DNA of 35,358 nt from Kiritimatiellia bacterium. GTDB lineage: Bacteria > Verrucomicrobiota > Kiritimatiellia > RFP12 > UBA1067. The position numbers were made by a program, and so were the translations under genes. The notes under the pieces are model-generated. The model ran no database searches, was not told the DNA's origin, and worked only from the letters and a program-made list of their open reading frames with translations. Shown here one piece after another: positions 8,453 to 17,298 of this stretch (the stretch's first letter is position 1; each line of letters starts with the position of its first letter). The stretch covers positions 1 to 35,358 of the forward strand of contig JBGURT010000062.1 in NCBI GenBank assembly GCA_045132115.1. The letters are read 5' to 3'.

Positions 8453-11013
8453 TCCGCCGCCGGCGCCTCGACGGGCGCCGCCTCTTCATTCTGTTCGCTG
8501 ACCTCTGCGGCAAGTTTGTGCAGCTCGTTCTGGCTTTCCTCGTCCATCAATTGCGATTCCAGCACCTTTTGTTTGTCGCGCGCCACTTCTTCCTGATGCT
8601 CTTCGATCCAGCGCTCGCGGTCTTCTTCAGACATCTCTTCGAGTGCTTTCACGCGCTCGAGCCTGGCCTCCTCGACCGCACGGCGGATCTTGCGCTCTTC
8701 GTCCTGCTTCTCCCATTCGCCCTTGAGCCGGCGCATTTGCTCCTTCTGCGGAACGGGATCGGCCAGGCTTGAAGCCGACCACCCATGATCGTCCCAAGGC
8801 GAGGGCGTAGACATCGTCTTCTTGCGACGGAGCGCTTCAGCCTGCGCCGCTTGCGCGTCATTGAGCACATAGGGCGTAAGGAACACCAAAAGCTCCTTGC
8901 GGTTTTCCTTCTGCTCGACGCTGCCGAAGAGCCACTTACCCACCCAAGGAATGTCCTTCAAGAGCGGGATGCCCACATCCACCTCTTCCACCTTGGTTTC
9001 GGTAAGTCCGCCCAGCACTACTGTCTGCATATTCTCCATGAGAATATCTGCCGCCATTTTGCGCTCGATCGCCAAATCGACGCGGTCTTCATCGTAGGTT
9101 ACGGTACCGGTCGCCACCTTGGGGACGAGCATCGACTGCGCCTTTTCGAGGAACTGCGAATATTCCTCCTCCACATTGAGCATGACCGTACCGTTCGGAT
9201 TGATCTTCGGCGTGATCTTGAGCTTGAGGCCAATATCCTTCGCGCTGTAATTAGGCGTGGGCTGTCCGCCGCCGCTGTAGCCCGACGACTGCGCCGTCCA
9301 GCCGGTGAGGAATTGACGGTTTTCCGTCGCATCGATCGTAGCTTCTTTGTTGTCCACCGTCATGATAATCGGCGAGGCGATATACTTGGAATTGGAATCG
9401 GTCTTCGAGGCCCTTACGATTGCTGCGAGGTCCAACTTGCGGGAGAAGAGCGAATAGGTGATTCCGCCGCTGCCGGGCGCGAAAATCGTAGGCAACGCCG
9501 TGGAGGCGCCATCGATAAGCGCGCTGCCGGCCGTTCCGCCGGACACCGGAGTAGCCGAGCCGCCACCGCCGCCGACAGCCTGATTGTACTGCGAGCCCTT
9601 CTGCTGCATGCCGTGCACCCAATCGATGCCGGTCGCAAGTTCGTCTTTGAGCGTTACTTCGATAATCACCGTCTCGATCAAAACCTGGGCAAGCTTCACG
9701 TCCATCGACTCTATAATCTGGTGGAGGACGGGAATATCCTGCGTGCGCGCCATGATGACGAGCCCATTGATGCGCTTGTCCGCAAGCACGACAACATTGT
9801 CTTTGCTGAGTTCGCCGGCTTTAGATTCGACATTGCGGCTCGCCGCGTTGGCCACTCCACGCGAAGTCCCGCTCGTAATGTTCGCGCTCGATCCCTTTTG
9901 CGCGTTCTGGTTCGTATTGCCCTTGGTGTTGCTCTTGGAACTCGCCGCATTGCCGATCAAATCGTTGATCATGTCGCTGACTTCCTCGGCGTCGGCATAC
10001 TTGAGCCGGATCACTTCCACCTTCACATCCGGCGTCGTCTCCACGTCCATCTCTTCGATGATCTTGTCGAAGAAATCCATGTTCGACTGCTGGGTGATGA
10101 CGATGAGTTTGTTGCTCCGCTCGTCGCTCATCATGATCACCTTGCCGCGGATCATCCCGCGGTCGGCATCGGACACGCTCATCACGAGGCTCTCGTTCGT
10201 AGGCGTCTGAGGCTGTTGCTGCTGCTCGTTGCGGCGGCCGCCCACCGTGCGTGAATTCGGCGGAGGCGGGAATCTGTTGGCATTCTGGTTCGCCGCGGTG
10301 TTCGCGCCCTTGCCGTTCTCTTTCTCCTGTGCCGCCTGCGATTCCTTGACGATATTCTCGAGGATCGTCTTCACATCCGTCACGCTCGCGTATCTGATCT
10401 GGCGCACGAACACGTTTTCCAGAACCGGGCTTGCGACATCCACCGTCCTCGCGATTTCGATCATCCGGTTGATGTTCTGCTCGGTATCGGTCACGAGAAT
10501 CGAATTCGTGCGCTCGAATACGAGCAGGATTCCCGTATCGCTCTTGAGGCCCTCAAAGAGTTTTTGCGCCTCGGTCACGGCGATATTCTTGAAAGGAATC
10601 ATCATCGAAACGACCTTCCCAGACTCCTTGAGCTCGGTGTCCGGATCGAGGATGAGCGGGATGCCCTCTTTTCTCGCTTTGCTCCGGGGTACGGCGCGGA
10701 TGAACTTTTCTCCATACGGCTCAACGTGCACCCCGTTCATTTCCAGCACGACCTCGATCGCCTCGAGATATTCCTCCAAGGTGAGTTGCTGTCCGTCGCG
10801 CGCCTTGAGCGTTATGTTCGCGCTGGGGAGCGAGGGGTCTTTAAGGACGATCTTGTTGATGCTCTCGGCGTAGGCCTGCAAAACGATATCCACGGGCGCC
10901 GCGTCCCAGTTCAATGGTGGCGCCTTGCCGCCGCCCTCGGCGGCAAATGCCGCGCCGGCCACGAATAGCAAGCAAGCGCAAACCGAAAAACCGAAAATCC
11001 GGAAATCCCTCAT
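8449..11013 (-). CDS. gspD: Type II secretion-type outer-membrane secretin (GspD family)
   Basis: Signal peptide; N-domain repeats (ERTNSILVTD, DERSNKLIV, DKRINGLVI); secretin motifs QVLIETVIIEV, IGLKLKITPKIN, VVLGGL, GIPLLKDIPWVGKWLF, ELLVFLTPYV. Confidence 0.93.
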   Translation of the reverse strand: MRDFRIFGFSVCACLLFVAGAAFAAEGGGKAPPLNWDAAPVDIVLQAYAESINKIVLKDPSLPSANITLKARDGQQLTLEEYLEAIEVVLEMNGVHVEPYGEKFIRAVPRSKARKEGIPLILDPDTELKESGKVVSMMIPFKNIAVTEAQKLFEGLKSDTGILLVFERTNSILVTDTEQNINRMIEIARTVDVASPVLENVFVRQIRYASVTDVKTILENIVKESQAAQEKENGKGANTAANQNANRFPPPPNSRTVGGRRNEQQQQPQTPTNESLVMSVSDADRGMIRGKVIMMSDERSNKLIVITQQSNMDFFDKIIEEMDVETTPDVKVEVIRLKYADAEEVSDMINDLIGNAASSKSNTKGNTNQNAQKGSSANITSGTSRGVANAASRNVESKAGELSKDNVVVLADKRINGLVIMARTQDIPVLHQIIESMDVKLAQVLIETVIIEVTLKDELATGIDWVHGMQQKGSQYNQAVGGGGGSATPVSGGTAGSALIDGASTALPTIFAPGSGGITYSLFSRKLDLAAIVRASKTDSNSKYIASPIIMTVDNKEATIDATENRQFLTGWTAQSSGYSGGGQPTPNYSAKDIGLKLKITPKINPNGTVMLNVEEEYSQFLEKAQSMLVPKVATGTVTYDEDRVDLAIERKMAADILMENMQTVVLGGLTETKVEEVDVGIPLLKDIPWVGKWLFGSVEQKENRKELLVFLTPYVLNDAQAAQAEALRRKKTMSTPSPWDDHGWSASSLADPVPQKEQMRRLKGEWEKQDEERKIRRAVEEARLERVKALEEMSEEDRERWIEEHQEEVARDKQKVLESQLMDEESQNELHKLAAEVSEQNEEAAPVEAPAAE

Positions 11014-11014
11014 A

Positions 11015-11551
11015 TTACTCCTCCCTCATGTATGCACAGGTGAGAACGAACGAACCTTTCAAATATCCCTTCTTGCTGCTGGGCTTGAAATTGAGACTCC
11101 TGATGTCGAACATGCCGTCGGAGGTGTTTTCCAGCTCGTGCATGAATTTGACGAGACTCTCGAGACTCCCTTCCCAGCTTTTCACCTCGATCGGCAGTTC
11201 CAGCACGTCTCCGGACTCGGTCTCCTTGCCGCTCTGGCGCTGGGTGATTGCGATGTGGTATTTTTCCGCAAGGTCGTCCATTTTCTTAAGCCACGTCGTG
11301 TCCGTCGCCTTGCCCGCCTCGAAGGTAGGCATCGCCGCCTTTTCTTCGTCGTAGGCCTCCAGCCACTTGGACTTCTCTGCAACAAGACGGCACTCCGCAT
11401 TGTAGGTGTCGAGCGCCTTCTCGTAGCGCTTCTGCGCCTTTTTCCACGCCGTCTCCTGGTTCATGAACCAAAGCCCTGCAGCGAGCGCATACATCGCCAC
11501 GACGCCCAGCACCGCCAAAACCGCCTTCTCTTTGAGCTTCATCTCGTTCAT
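11015..11551 (-). CDS. PilO/GspM-like inner-membrane assembly protein
   Basis: KEK plus N-terminal TM, coiled coil, then EGSLESLVKFMHELE (G....L..F...LE pattern); directly upstream of the secretin. Confidence 0.75.
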   Translation of the reverse strand: MNEMKLKEKAVLAVLGVVAMYALAAGLWFMNQETAWKKAQKRYEKALDTYNAECRLVAEKSKWLEAYDEEKAAMPTFEAGKATDTTWLKKMDDLAEKYHIAITQRQSGKETESGDVLELPIEVKSWEGSLESLVKFMHELENTSDGMFDIRSLNFKPSSKKGYLKGSFVLTCAYMREE

Positions 11552-12756
11552 TCCCCGCCCTCCTCGGTTTCGTAGGTGCAGTCGAGATCGAATTTGTATT
11601 TGCCGGCTTTGGAGGACGACGGACCTTTGAGGTTGACGGTCGGGAATATCTTTTCTCCGTCTTCGGATTCCATTTCGGCCATCCGGTCCTTGAAAAGGTA
11701 GATCGCATCTCCGCTCGTTCCCTCTCCGCTCACCCTGACGCCGTCTTCGCGCTTGAAATTCCAGCTCGAAAGCTCGATGCCTTCCGGCAGTCTGTCGCTC
11801 ACCGCCTTCATGATTTCCAAGGCTCCGCGATCGTGATCAGAATACTTCCTCACTAGCTTAACTTTGTCGCGCATCTCCCGCACGGCGCGGTATTCCCGCG
11901 CGTGCTCCTTGGAAAGGCCTTTTTGGTAGTCGGTCAAGAAATCATACCCGAACGGCACCCCGAAGAGCACTGCCATGGCCAGCACCCAAATGCCGCCCGC
12001 GACCGCGAGAAAACGGTTGAGTTTGCGCTTGAAGCGCGTCTCGTCGAGCATTTGCCGCCACGATTCCGGAAGCGCGTTCAGCGTATCGCTTTCCGCGGTG
12101 CGGTCCTTTATCGCCTTGAGCGCGTCCTGCAGTTCGCCGCCTTTCGCCGCGAGCCGTCTCACCGGCGCCAACCGTTCGATCGCGGCGGTATCGACATCTC
12201 CGCGGACGAGGATTTCCGCAAGCGGCTTCACTCCGCCGAAATCTTCCGCTTCTATGAGGCTCAGGATGACTTCGCGCTTCAAATCGCTTTCGCCATCCAA
12301 AGCGCGTATCGCCACCGGCACGCCATCGTCAAGCACCAAAAGCGAAATGCAATCGACCGATCTCAGCAAAACGAGCGTGCGCACGCCGCTCTTGAGTTCG
12401 CTCCAGAGCGTGCGGATTTCCCCGAAGCTCAAGGCATCGATGCGCGTGACGTTGAGTTTCGCCTCGTCAAGCGCGGCGGCAAGTTCGTCCGTCGAACTCT
12501 CCGGCATCGCGGCGGCGACATAAACGCCGCCGTTTTCTCCCGCGTGGACCTGCTCGCAAGAGACGGTTAGCGGCTCGTCCGGATAAGGGCTCATCGCCTG
12601 GAGGATGGGTAGCGCCGCCTCTTCTGGATTGCGTCCCGCTTCCACGCGCACCATCTTGAGCACGAGGCGCGAGAGCGGCAAGGCGATTACGGCTTCTCTG
12701 GAGGACTCTTCGCCCTCCAGCCTCACCAGCTTTCCGCCTTCAAACGCCGCTGTCAT
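11548..12756 (-). CDS. GspL-like protein (PilM-like cytoplasmic domain, TM, PilN-like periplasmic domain)
   Basis: SPYPDEPL in the cytoplasmic domain, LNALPESW before the TM, and PilN-like VSDRLPEGIELSSWNF...VRVSG; gene order L-M-D. Confidence 0.72.
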   Translation of the reverse strand: MTAAFEGGKLVRLEGEESSREAVIALPLSRLVLKMVRVEAGRNPEEAALPILQAMSPYPDEPLTVSCEQVHAGENGGVYVAAAMPESSTDELAAALDEAKLNVTRIDALSFGEIRTLWSELKSGVRTLVLLRSVDCISLLVLDDGVPVAIRALDGESDLKREVILSLIEAEDFGGVKPLAEILVRGDVDTAAIERLAPVRRLAAKGGELQDALKAIKDRTAESDTLNALPESWRQMLDETRFKRKLNRFLAVAGGIWVLAMAVLFGVPFGYDFLTDYQKGLSKEHAREYRAVREMRDKVKLVRKYSDHDRGALEIMKAVSDRLPEGIELSSWNFKREDGVRVSGEGTSGDAIYLFKDRMAEMESEDGEKIFPTVNLKGPSSSKAGKYKFDLDCTYETEEGGE

Positions 12757-12762
12757 TCTGCC

Positions 12763-14127
12763 TTATCCGAAGAACGTCTTGTATAGCGCCCTTACGGCCG
12801 CGTCCTTGTCCACGGTTCTCACCGCGATCATGAAGCTCACTTCGCTCGAGCCCTGGTTCACCATCGAGATGTTGATTCCCGCGCTCGCCAAGGCGAGGCA
12901 CGCCTTCGCGAACATGCCCGCCGTGTAGCACATGCCCTCGCCCACGACCATGATCATCGTAAGATCGCGCTCGACCGTGACGAAGTCCGGCTTGAGCTCT
13001 CTGCGAATCGCGCCCACGACGCGCGTTTCCTTTTCGCGCGGCAGATATTGATCCTTCACGATGATGCATTGGCTGTCCACTCCAGAAGGCATGTGCTCGT
13101 AGCTCACGCCCTCGGCCTCCAATACCGCGAGGAGCCTCCGCCCGAAGCCGATTTCGCGGTTCATGAGGTATTTCTCGACCACGATATTGCAGCACCTGTC
13201 CATGGCTGCGATGCCCACAACCGTGCCCGGCACGACGCGGCGCGACTGCTGGATCATGGTGCCCGGCTCGCCCGGATGGTTCGTGTTGCGGATATTGATC
13301 GGGATGCGCGCTCTGACTGCAGGGATTACCGCGTCGTCATTGAACACGCCAAAGCCGGCGTACGCGAGTTCGCGCATTTCGCGATATGTCATCGTCGGGA
13401 TGCCTTCGCCATCCGCGACTTCCGGCACGACGCGCGGATCGCACGGGAATACGCTGTCGACATCCGTGAAGTTTTCGTAGACGTCTGCGCAAACCGCCGC
13501 CGCGAGGATGGAGCCGGTTATATCGCTGCCGCCGCGCGGGAAGGTGGCTACCTTCCCTTCCTTCGTGTAGCCGAAGAATCCCGGATAGACGACTATCCCC
13601 TCGAAGTTGGAGAACGCGCGCGAAAGCGTGTCGTAGCTCGCGGGATCGAGTTGCGCGTCGCCGTGCTTGCCCGTGAGGATCATCCCCGTCTCCTTGGGCC
13701 CGGCGTAGCGGCATTTCTTGCCGCGCGCCTCGAACGCCACCGCCACGATCTTCGCCGAATTGTCTTCGCCCGCCGCCTTCATGAGGTCGATAAACTCTTC
13801 CGCCGTGAGCGTGGAAACCTGCGCGAGACGATCCATGAGATCCATCTCGATCTTGCGGATTATCCCGTCGCCAAGATTGAGATGCTGCGCGATTTCCGCG
13901 TAGCGCTCCACTACCGCGCCAAACTGGCGATCGGTGTTCTCGCCCTTCAAAGCCGTGTTCGCGAGCTCGATCAACAGGTCGGTGACCTTGGTGTCGCCTG
14001 AATGGCGCTTGCCGGGCGCCGACACGACAACGATGCGCCGCGAGGGGTCCGCGAGCACAATCTCGATCACCTTGTTGACCTGCGCCGCGTTCGCGAGGCT
14101 GGATCCGCCAAATTTGCAAACTTTCAT
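12763..14127 (-). CDS. lysC: Aspartate kinase
   Basis: Motifs KFGGSSLA, VVVSAPG, RGGSDITG, ENFTDVD, TYREMRELAYAG; two C-terminal ACT domains. Confidence 0.95.
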   Translation of the reverse strand: MKVCKFGGSSLANAAQVNKVIEIVLADPSRRIVVVSAPGKRHSGDTKVTDLLIELANTALKGENTDRQFGAVVERYAEIAQHLNLGDGIIRKIEMDLMDRLAQVSTLTAEEFIDLMKAAGEDNSAKIVAVAFEARGKKCRYAGPKETGMILTGKHGDAQLDPASYDTLSRAFSNFEGIVVYPGFFGYTKEGKVATFPRGGSDITGSILAAAVCADVYENFTDVDSVFPCDPRVVPEVADGEGIPTMTYREMRELAYAGFGVFNDDAVIPAVRARIPINIRNTNHPGEPGTMIQQSRRVVPGTVVGIAAMDRCCNIVVEKYLMNREIGFGRRLLAVLEAEGVSYEHMPSGVDSQCIIVKDQYLPREKETRVVGAIRRELKPDFVTVERDLTMIMVVGEGMCYTAGMFAKACLALASAGINISMVNQGSSEVSFMIAVRTVDKDAAVRALYKTFFG

Positions 14128-15431
14128 TTTACCATCCTCATTACCACCGGAGTGCCGCGCACGATGCCCGAGGCTTCGATCTCCGCAATCGCCGCTTCCA
14201 CGTCGCTCGTCTTGGCGACGTGCGTGCGGATCACGACCGGAATAATCCCTTCCATCTCCTGGCCCTTTAGGAACTCGTGCGAGGTCGCGAGGCGAATGGA
14301 CACGTTGTGGTTGCCGAACATCGTCCCGAACTGGCCGAACGTGCCGCAGCGGTCTTCTACCATTAGGCGGATGTAGAACTCGCTCTTCACTTCGCCAGCC
14401 GGCATGACCGTGAGTTTGCCCTCGTTGTCGTAGCGGATCGCGCTCTTGTAGCGCGCTCCACCGCCGGCCAAGTTGCGCGCGATGTCGCCGATGTCGCCAA
14501 CGACCGTCGATGCTGTCGGCGCGCGTCCCGCGCCCTTGCCGTAGAACATCAAATCATCGGAAAGATCGCCATGCACCATCACCGCATTGAACACCCCGTT
14601 CACCGCCGAAAGCATATGTTCCTCGGGGATGAGCGTAGGATGCACGCCAACCGCCACTTGATTGCCCACACGGTCGATCTGCGCCAAAAGCTTGATCGAA
14701 TATCCGAGCTTGCCGGCATACACGACATCTACGTTCGAGAGATTGCGGATGCCCTTGACCTCGATCTTGTGCGGATCGACCGGAATCGAATACGCGAGGC
14801 TCGCGAGGAGGCTCGCCTTGTGCGCCGTGTCCCAGCCATCGATGTCGAGCGTCGGGTCTGCCTCTGCGAAGCCAAGCTTCTGCGCATCCGCCAAAACCTG
14901 CGCAAACGCCGCCCCTTCGCGAATCATGCGCGTGAGGATGTAGTTGCAAGTGCCGTTCAGAATGCCCTTCATGGACTCGATTTCGTTGCCAGCAAGGCCT
15001 TCGCGCAAACTGCGGATGATCGGGATGCCGCCGCCGACCGCCGCCCCGAAATAGATGTCCACGCCTGCCGCCGTCGCCGCCTCGAAGATCTCGCGCCCTG
15101 ATTCCGAAAGCAGTTTCTTGTTCGCCGTGACTACGTTCTTGCCCGCCGCAATCGCCGCCAAAATGAGCTTCTTCGCGATTCCCGTGCCGCCGATCAATTC
15201 CACGATTATCTGGATCTCAGGATCGTTGATCGCCTCCATCGCATCGGTCGTGAGCACCTCGCGCGGCACCTTAACCCCACGGTCGCGCTCAATGTCCAAA
15301 TCCGCGATTTTCTTGAGGACCACATCCACGCCGAGACGTTTTGCGAACGTCTCGCGATTCCTCAATAAACCATCAGCGACTCCGGCACCCACGGTGCCGA
15401 AGCCCAGTATTCCAACTCCAATTTGTTTCAT
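14124..15431 (-). CDS. hom: Homoserine dehydrogenase with C-terminal ACT domain
   Basis: Motifs GFGTVG, VVTANK, AAVGGGIP, GILNGTCNYIL, GFAEADPT, GAGRAPTAS. Confidence 0.97.
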   Translation of the reverse strand: MKQIGVGILGFGTVGAGVADGLLRNRETFAKRLGVDVVLKKIADLDIERDRGVKVPREVLTTDAMEAINDPEIQIIVELIGGTGIAKKLILAAIAAGKNVVTANKKLLSESGREIFEAATAAGVDIYFGAAVGGGIPIIRSLREGLAGNEIESMKGILNGTCNYILTRMIREGAAFAQVLADAQKLGFAEADPTLDIDGWDTAHKASLLASLAYSIPVDPHKIEVKGIRNLSNVDVVYAGKLGYSIKLLAQIDRVGNQVAVGVHPTLIPEEHMLSAVNGVFNAVMVHGDLSDDLMFYGKGAGRAPTASTVVGDIGDIARNLAGGGARYKSAIRYDNEGKLTVMPAGEVKSEFYIRLMVEDRCGTFGQFGTMFGNHNVSIRLATSHEFLKGQEMEGIIPVVIRTHVAKTSDVEAAIAEIEASGIVRGTPVVMRMVK

Positions 15432-15474
15432 CTCTTGTCCTGTTTAGACTGCTCTCCTGGATATTATTGATTAT

Positions 15475-15503
15475 ATTATACCAAAAATCCGTCCAAATTA
15501 CAA
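15475..15503 (-). promoter_or_regulatory. Sigma70-type promoter for the hom-lysC operon
   Basis: Minus strand TTGTAA-N17-TATAAT with extended -10 (TGGTATAAT), 43 nt upstream of the hom ATG. Confidence 0.75.
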
Positions 15504-15630
15504 GTGCCTAGCACTAACGGCTTGTCTCCATTCCGGCCAAAACAATCTTGGCTATTCCGCAGTCGCGAAACTGGTTTAAGCTCCGATCCAGCCATTGAGA
15601 GTTCTATCGACTCGCGATGCGGTCAACTAT

Positions 15631-16689
15631 CTAAAGCGAGAGGATTTCGCGCTCCCATTCGCGGGCTAGGACGCGCCAATCGAATCGGCGCGCCATTTCG
15701 CGGGCGGCATCGGCGATAGGCTGGAGGCGCTCGGGGTGGTCGAGCAAGCCTTGAATGACCGACGCCATCTCGTCCAGAGTATCGACGACAAAGCCATTCT
15801 TGCCGGTTTCAATCCATTCTCCGGCACCATAGTCTGAATACACAACCGACGGAACACCGGCGGCGGCGGTTTCGAGCGTCACTTTCGGGAATCCCTCCGC
15901 ACGCGAAGGAAACACATGAAGCTGAATGCCCTTCAACACCTCGGCAAGTTCCTTGTGCGAAAGACTGCCGTGACAAATGGCGTTTTTGAGATTCCGCTTT
16001 TCGACTTCTTCCTTGGGAGATACTTTGCCCATTCCAGAGCCGATCACATGGAATTTCAATTGCGGGAAACGCGCGGCAAGATCCAGAAACTGATCCAATC
16101 CTTTGTAGAAAAGGTTGCTGCCGATGATTGCGACATCCGTAAGCTTTTCGCGCTTTTCGGAGTTTTCGAAGATTTCCGAATCTGTGCCGAGATAAAGAAT
16201 TTTATCTTTGGTGACGATCCCAAGCGCTTTCTCATTCACTTCACGCATTGCCGCCGTAATCGAATACGCATTGCCGGAAAAGGTCGAGAACTCGCGTATC
16301 GCCTCCTTCGAGCCCAAGGTGGCGACGCCCTTGGTCACATTCGTGCCGATATACATGCCCTCGACAGTGGAGAAAGCCTTTTTCCTCAGCACCTTCAAGA
16401 GCCAGCGGACGAGCTTCCAGCGACCTGGATTCTGGACATAGATTATATCGGCCCAAAAGACACCGCGCAAGAGTTGGACTAGCGCCCAGATTCGTGCCGG
16501 ATAGCGAACACGAAAGTACTTTACCTTGGGCTCGTCAAGGACCGGCAAATCGCCGCTGTAGACAACCATGGCGCCAACATTAATCTTGTCCTTGTCGAGA
16601 TACTGTACCAAGGCGCGGGCGTTGAGGCACTGCGCTTGGGTCATATTGGACCACGCAGTCAGAAAAAGTTTAGGGCGGCGGTTTTTCAT
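15631..16689 (-). CDS. Glycosyltransferase family 4 (GT-B)
   Basis: Motifs KGLDQF, FPSRAEGFPKVTLETAAAGVP, TGKNGF, RRFDW. Start MKNRR at 16689 by ATGA overlap with pgpA. Confidence 0.92.
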   Translation of the reverse strand: MKNRRPKLFLTAWSNMTQAQCLNARALVQYLDKDKINVGAMVVYSGDLPVLDEPKVKYFRVRYPARIWALVQLLRGVFWADIIYVQNPGRWKLVRWLLKVLRKKAFSTVEGMYIGTNVTKGVATLGSKEAIREFSTFSGNAYSITAAMREVNEKALGIVTKDKILYLGTDSEIFENSEKREKLTDVAIIGSNLFYKGLDQFLDLAARFPQLKFHVIGSGMGKVSPKEEVEKRNLKNAICHGSLSHKELAEVLKGIQLHVFPSRAEGFPKVTLETAAAGVPSVVYSDYGAGEWIETGKNGFVVDTLDEMASVIQGLLDHPERLQPIADAAREMARRFDWRVLAREWEREILSL

Positions 16690-17156
16690 GCGAAACAAAG
16701 ATATATAAGCCAATTGACGCCCAAGGCGTAGATATTCGCGACAAAATCGTCAATCACAATCCCGCGTCCGCCGGGTATCGACTGCAACTGGCGGCACGGC
16801 GGCGGCTTTAGGATATCAAGAAACCTCACGACAACGAAAAAGACGAGAATCCAAGTCCAGGAAAGCGAACTCAAGGGCAGGCCCAAAGTAGCGATCGGGA
16901 ACAAGAGCCACTCGTCGGCGCAAATACGCCCGTCGTCCTTGATGCCGAGGAGTTTTTCGGCGCGATCGCACACGGGAATAGCAAGAAGCGTGAAGCCGAG
17001 CGTGGCTGGGAATTGCAGAAACAAAGGCAACCGGCAAACGGCGAGCGCCAGAAAGACGCCGGGGATAGAGCCAATCGTACCGGGGGCGAACGGCGCGGTA
17101 AGACCGAGCCCGAAGCCCGTTGCGATCGCCATTGACACTTTATCCCAGATGTTCAT
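16686..17156 (-). CDS. pgpA: Phosphatidylglycerophosphatase A
   Basis: Motifs ATGFGLG..PFAPGTIGS, DDGRICADE, RFLDILKPPP, GGRGIVIDD. Real start MNIWDK at 17156; the longer ORF reads through the tRNA. Confidence 0.92.
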   Translation of the reverse strand: MNIWDKVSMAIATGFGLGLTAPFAPGTIGSIPGVFLALAVCRLPLFLQFPATLGFTLLAIPVCDRAEKLLGIKDDGRICADEWLLFPIATLGLPLSSLSWTWILVFFVVVRFLDILKPPPCRQLQSIPGGRGIVIDDFVANIYALGVNWLIYLCFA

Positions 17157-17164
17157 TTGTTGAA

Positions 17165-17240
17165 TGGTGGCGAGAAAGGGGATCGAACCCTTGACCTTAG
17201 GCTTATGAGTCCTGCGCTCTACCAACTGAGCTATCTCGCC
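17165..17240 (-). tRNA. tRNA-Met (CAT), elongator type, CCA encoded
   Basis: GGCGAGA-TA-GCTCAGTTGGTAGAGC-G-CAGGA-CTCATAA-GCCTA-AGGTC-AAGGG-TTCGATC-CCCTT-TCTCGCC-ACCA, 76 nt. Paired G1-C72 argues against fMet; G2-C71, C3-G70, A73 and the lack of C4/C5 favour Met over Ile2. Confidence 0.93.
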
Positions 17241-17259
17241 AATGTCGTAAGTAAGTTGT

Positions 17260-17289
17260 ATTATACCAAAAATCCCCGCCGAAAGTCAA
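17260..17289 (-). promoter_or_regulatory. Sigma70-type promoter for tRNA-Met, pgpA and GT4
   Basis: Minus strand TTGACT-N18-TATAAT with TG extension, 19 nt upstream of the tRNA 5' end. Confidence 0.8.
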
Positions 17290-17298
17290 GAGGGGAAA

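Noticed and set aside
15432-15630. Lysine, SAM or T-box riboswitch, or a thr leader peptide, upstream of hom-lysC
   Set aside because: No consensus motifs or Thr/Ile-rich leader seen. The predicted promoter leaves a leader under 40 nt, and the structured segment lies upstream of it.
17157-17225. PgpA N-terminal extension MVERRTHKPKV
   Set aside because: It is read-through of the tRNA-Met gene.
15631-17240. tRNA-Met as the integration site of a genomic island
   Set aside because: No integrase, no duplicated tRNA 3' end seen, and the following genes are housekeeping.
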